A DNA stretch of 25,785 bases, taken from positions 1 through 25,785 of IMG/VR virus record IMGVR_UViG_3300022181_000007; one strand, given 5' to 3'. Below the pieces are notes generated by a model, which was given only the letters and a program-made list of their open reading frames with translations, searched no databases and had not been told where the DNA came from. Of this stretch, positions 24,024-25,785 are shown piece after piece (position 1 is the first letter of the stretch; every line of letters begins with the position of its first letter). This DNA is from a virus (taxonomy: Duplodnaviria > Caudoviricetes). Position numbers and translations under genes: made by a program.

Positions 24024-25785
24024 TGTTGAAGATTTGAAAATAATCCTCCGTGCTGAAGTCGATAAGGCAATAGCTGATCTCAAAAGAGCCAGCCGAGAGG
24101 GGAAAAATGCGGAAAAGGACTGGCAATCCATCGCTGATACATTTCAGAAGAATATTCAGCATAGCCTCTCATTAAAGAATGCTTTTTCTCAACTTACAAT
24201 GCAGATTGCAGGAGGGTTGGCAATATATGACCTTGCAGCGAAGGGAATTCGAGCAATTGGACAATTTGCAGCTGATAGTATAAGGGAATATTCAGAAGCT
24301 GCTGAAGCTCATGCTCGTCTAGCAGCGCAAATCAAGGCTACCGGCGGAGCTGCTGGATTCACCGCAGCACAACTTGAAGATATGGCTTCGAGGCTACAGG
24401 GTTCTACCAGAATCGAAGCTGAAGAAATCAATAAAGCGCAAAGTGCTCTGTTGAAATTCACAAGCATTACCGGCGAACAATTTGCCAAAGCAACCGAGTT
24501 GTCGCTCGATCTCGCTGCGGTATTAGGTGGCGATGTATCCGGAGCAGCTCAAACGTTGGGGAAAGCGCTTGAAGATCCCATATCTGGCATGAGCTCATTG
24601 AGGCGCGCAGGTGTTGTACTGTCTGAAGGCCAAGAACAGCTTGCTCGATCTTTTGCTGAATCAGGCAATACCGCTAAAGCTCAAGAAATCATTTTAAAGG
24701 CATTGCAAGATAGAATTGGCGGCGTTGCTGCCGCAGTAGGTAAAGAAGATCCTGCTGGCATGAAAAGGCTTCAGCTGGCAATAAAGGATGTGAAAGAGGA
24801 AATTGGCGAGCTATTAGCCAAGAATATGAAGCCATTCCTTGATGCCCTGGCAACCGACATCGAAAATTTTAGAAAGCGTCTGGCAAATAGCAAGACAGAT
24901 GCAGCTGCAGTTGTACAGGCCGTCAAGTTTGGAGACTTAATTGATGTTGGCGATGTATCTGGTATTCGGCAAGCTGTCCAGAATCTCAGTGGCAAAGTTG
25001 ATAAAGAAATTGTAAAAGCCTGGATAGAAGAAGCAAAGAAAAGAAATCCTCTTGCAACGCAGGCTCAAGCTGCAGCGATCCGTGCTGCTGAAGAAGAACT
25101 TGCAAAAATGCCTGCGCTACAAGTGGCGGGAGCATCTGGATCAGCAAATAATGATGCCGATATAAAAGCGCAAGAGCATATTAAAAATGTAACAGAAGAA
25201 TTAAATAAAAATATTCAGGCTATTAAATTAAGAGCGTCTGCGCTTGGGCAGGAAGCATCATCGCAGGAACTGCTTACTCAATATCTTAATGCCTATGTGA
25301 AGCTCATTCAGAATTCAGATGGTCTGGTGACAGAGAATAATCCAGCAGCAAAACTGCTAAAAATCCAAATACAAGCGCTTGTAAATGGACAGAAAGAGTT
25401 GAGTCAAGCCGAAGCTCTTGCTACATACCAGATTGAGAAAGCCGGCGAGATCGAGGCTGCCCGGTACAACGCGGCATATGCCTACTGGAAAGCCAAACAA
25501 GACGCCACCAAAGCAGCTGCTGAGCAGCAGGAGAAGGAAGCGCAGGCACTGGCCGAATACCAGATGGAGAAAGCCGGCGAGATCGAGGCTGCCCGGTACA
25601 ATGCTGCATATGAGTACTGGAAAGCACAGCAGGACGCTGCAAAGGCAGCGGCCGAGCAGCAGGAGAAGGAAGCACAGGCACTGGCCGAATACCAGATTGA
25701 GAAAGCCGGCGAGATCGAGGCTGCCCGGTACAATGCTGCATATGAGTACTGGAAAGCACAGCAGGACGCTGCAAAGGCAGCGGCC
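24016..25785 (+). CDS. Tape measure protein (partial; not in the ORF track because no stop lies in the window)
   Basis: MADVEDLKIILRAEVDKA..., Ala-rich helical sequence, LGKALEDP..G...LRRAGV; follows the chaperones. Confidence 0.92.
   Translation, partial: MADVEDLKIILRAEVDKAIADLKRASREGKNAEKDWQSIADTFQKNIQHSLSLKNAFSQLTMQIAGGLAIYDLAAKGIRAIGQFAADSIREYSEAAEAHARLAAQIKATGGAAGFTAAQLEDMASRLQGSTRIEAEEINKAQSALLKFTSITGEQFAKATELSLDLAAVLGGDVSGAAQTLGKALEDPISGMSSLRRAGVVLSEGQEQLARSFAESGNTAKAQEIILKALQDRIGGVAAAVGKEDPAGMKRLQLAIKDVKEEIGELLAKNMKPFLDALATDIENFRKRLANSKTDAAAVVQAVKFGDLIDVGDVSGIRQAVQNLSGKVDKEIVKAWIEEAKKRNPLATQAQAAAIRAAEEELAKMPALQVAGASGSANNDADIKAQEHIKNVTEELNKNIQAIKLRASALGQEASSQELLTQYLNAYVKLIQNSDGLVTENNPAAKLLKIQIQALVNGQKELSQAEALATYQIEKAGEIEAARYNAAYAYWKAKQDATKAAAEQQEKEAQALAEYQMEKAGEIEAARYNAAYEYWKAQQDAAKAAAEQQEKEAQALAEYQIEKAGEIEAARYNAAYEYWKAQQDAAKAAA
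25426..25785 (+). repeat. 132-bp (44-aa) tandem repeat inside the tape measure gene
   Basis: Units begin at 25426, 25558 and 25690: YQIEKAGEIEAARYNAAYxYWKAxQDAxKAAAEQQEKEAQALAE. Confidence 0.95.

Larger units (their letters stand above)
540..25785. mobile_element. Prophage (temperate siphovirus, HK97-like head module); the right end lies outside the window
   Basis: Gene order is tRNA, integrase, immunity, replication, packaging, head, tail. The left boundary is approximate, with the att core assumed to be in the 3' half of tRNA-Pro. Confidence 0.93.

Noticed and set aside
15056-24995. Many antisense and alternate-frame ORFs in the late region
   Set aside because: They are shadow ORFs of GC-richer structural genes, with no RBS or motifs.
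25426-25785. Repeats as a possible CRISPR array for the cas genes
   Set aside because: They are in-frame 132-bp coding repeats with no unique spacers.

Overview
The window holds the left ~25 kb of a temperate siphovirus-like prophage with an HK97-type head, integrated next to a host tRNA-Pro(CGG). Upstream of it are the right end of an IS-like element and a tRNA-Asp(GTC). The prophage runs: tyrosine integrase; an AT-rich leftward accessory block (BECR-like protein, DUF3800/RNase H-like protein, YjzC-like protein, membrane-anchored DEDDh exonuclease, secreted protein); a cI/cro-like switch with three phased operators; early and replication genes (RusA, excisionase-like, DUF736-like, replication initiator with internal iterons); an array-less type IV-B-like Cas module; a small leftward cassette; then the late operon (HNH, TerS, TerL, portal, ClpP protease, capsid, neck and tail genes, frameshifted tail chaperone, and a tape measure truncated by the window edge). 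Three things stand out. (1) The type IV-B-like module has an apparent Cas11-Cas7(Csf2) fusion and a CysH-like gene inside the operon. (2) A consensus promoter appears to drive a ~65-nt structured RNA that converges on the DUF3800/BECR-like pair. (3) A promoter-driven late leader carries two identical 18-nt motifs in covarying hairpins, 30 nt apart. All family calls come from motif recognition by eye; no searches were run. The host may be a spirochaete, but that is only an impression from the style of the proteins.
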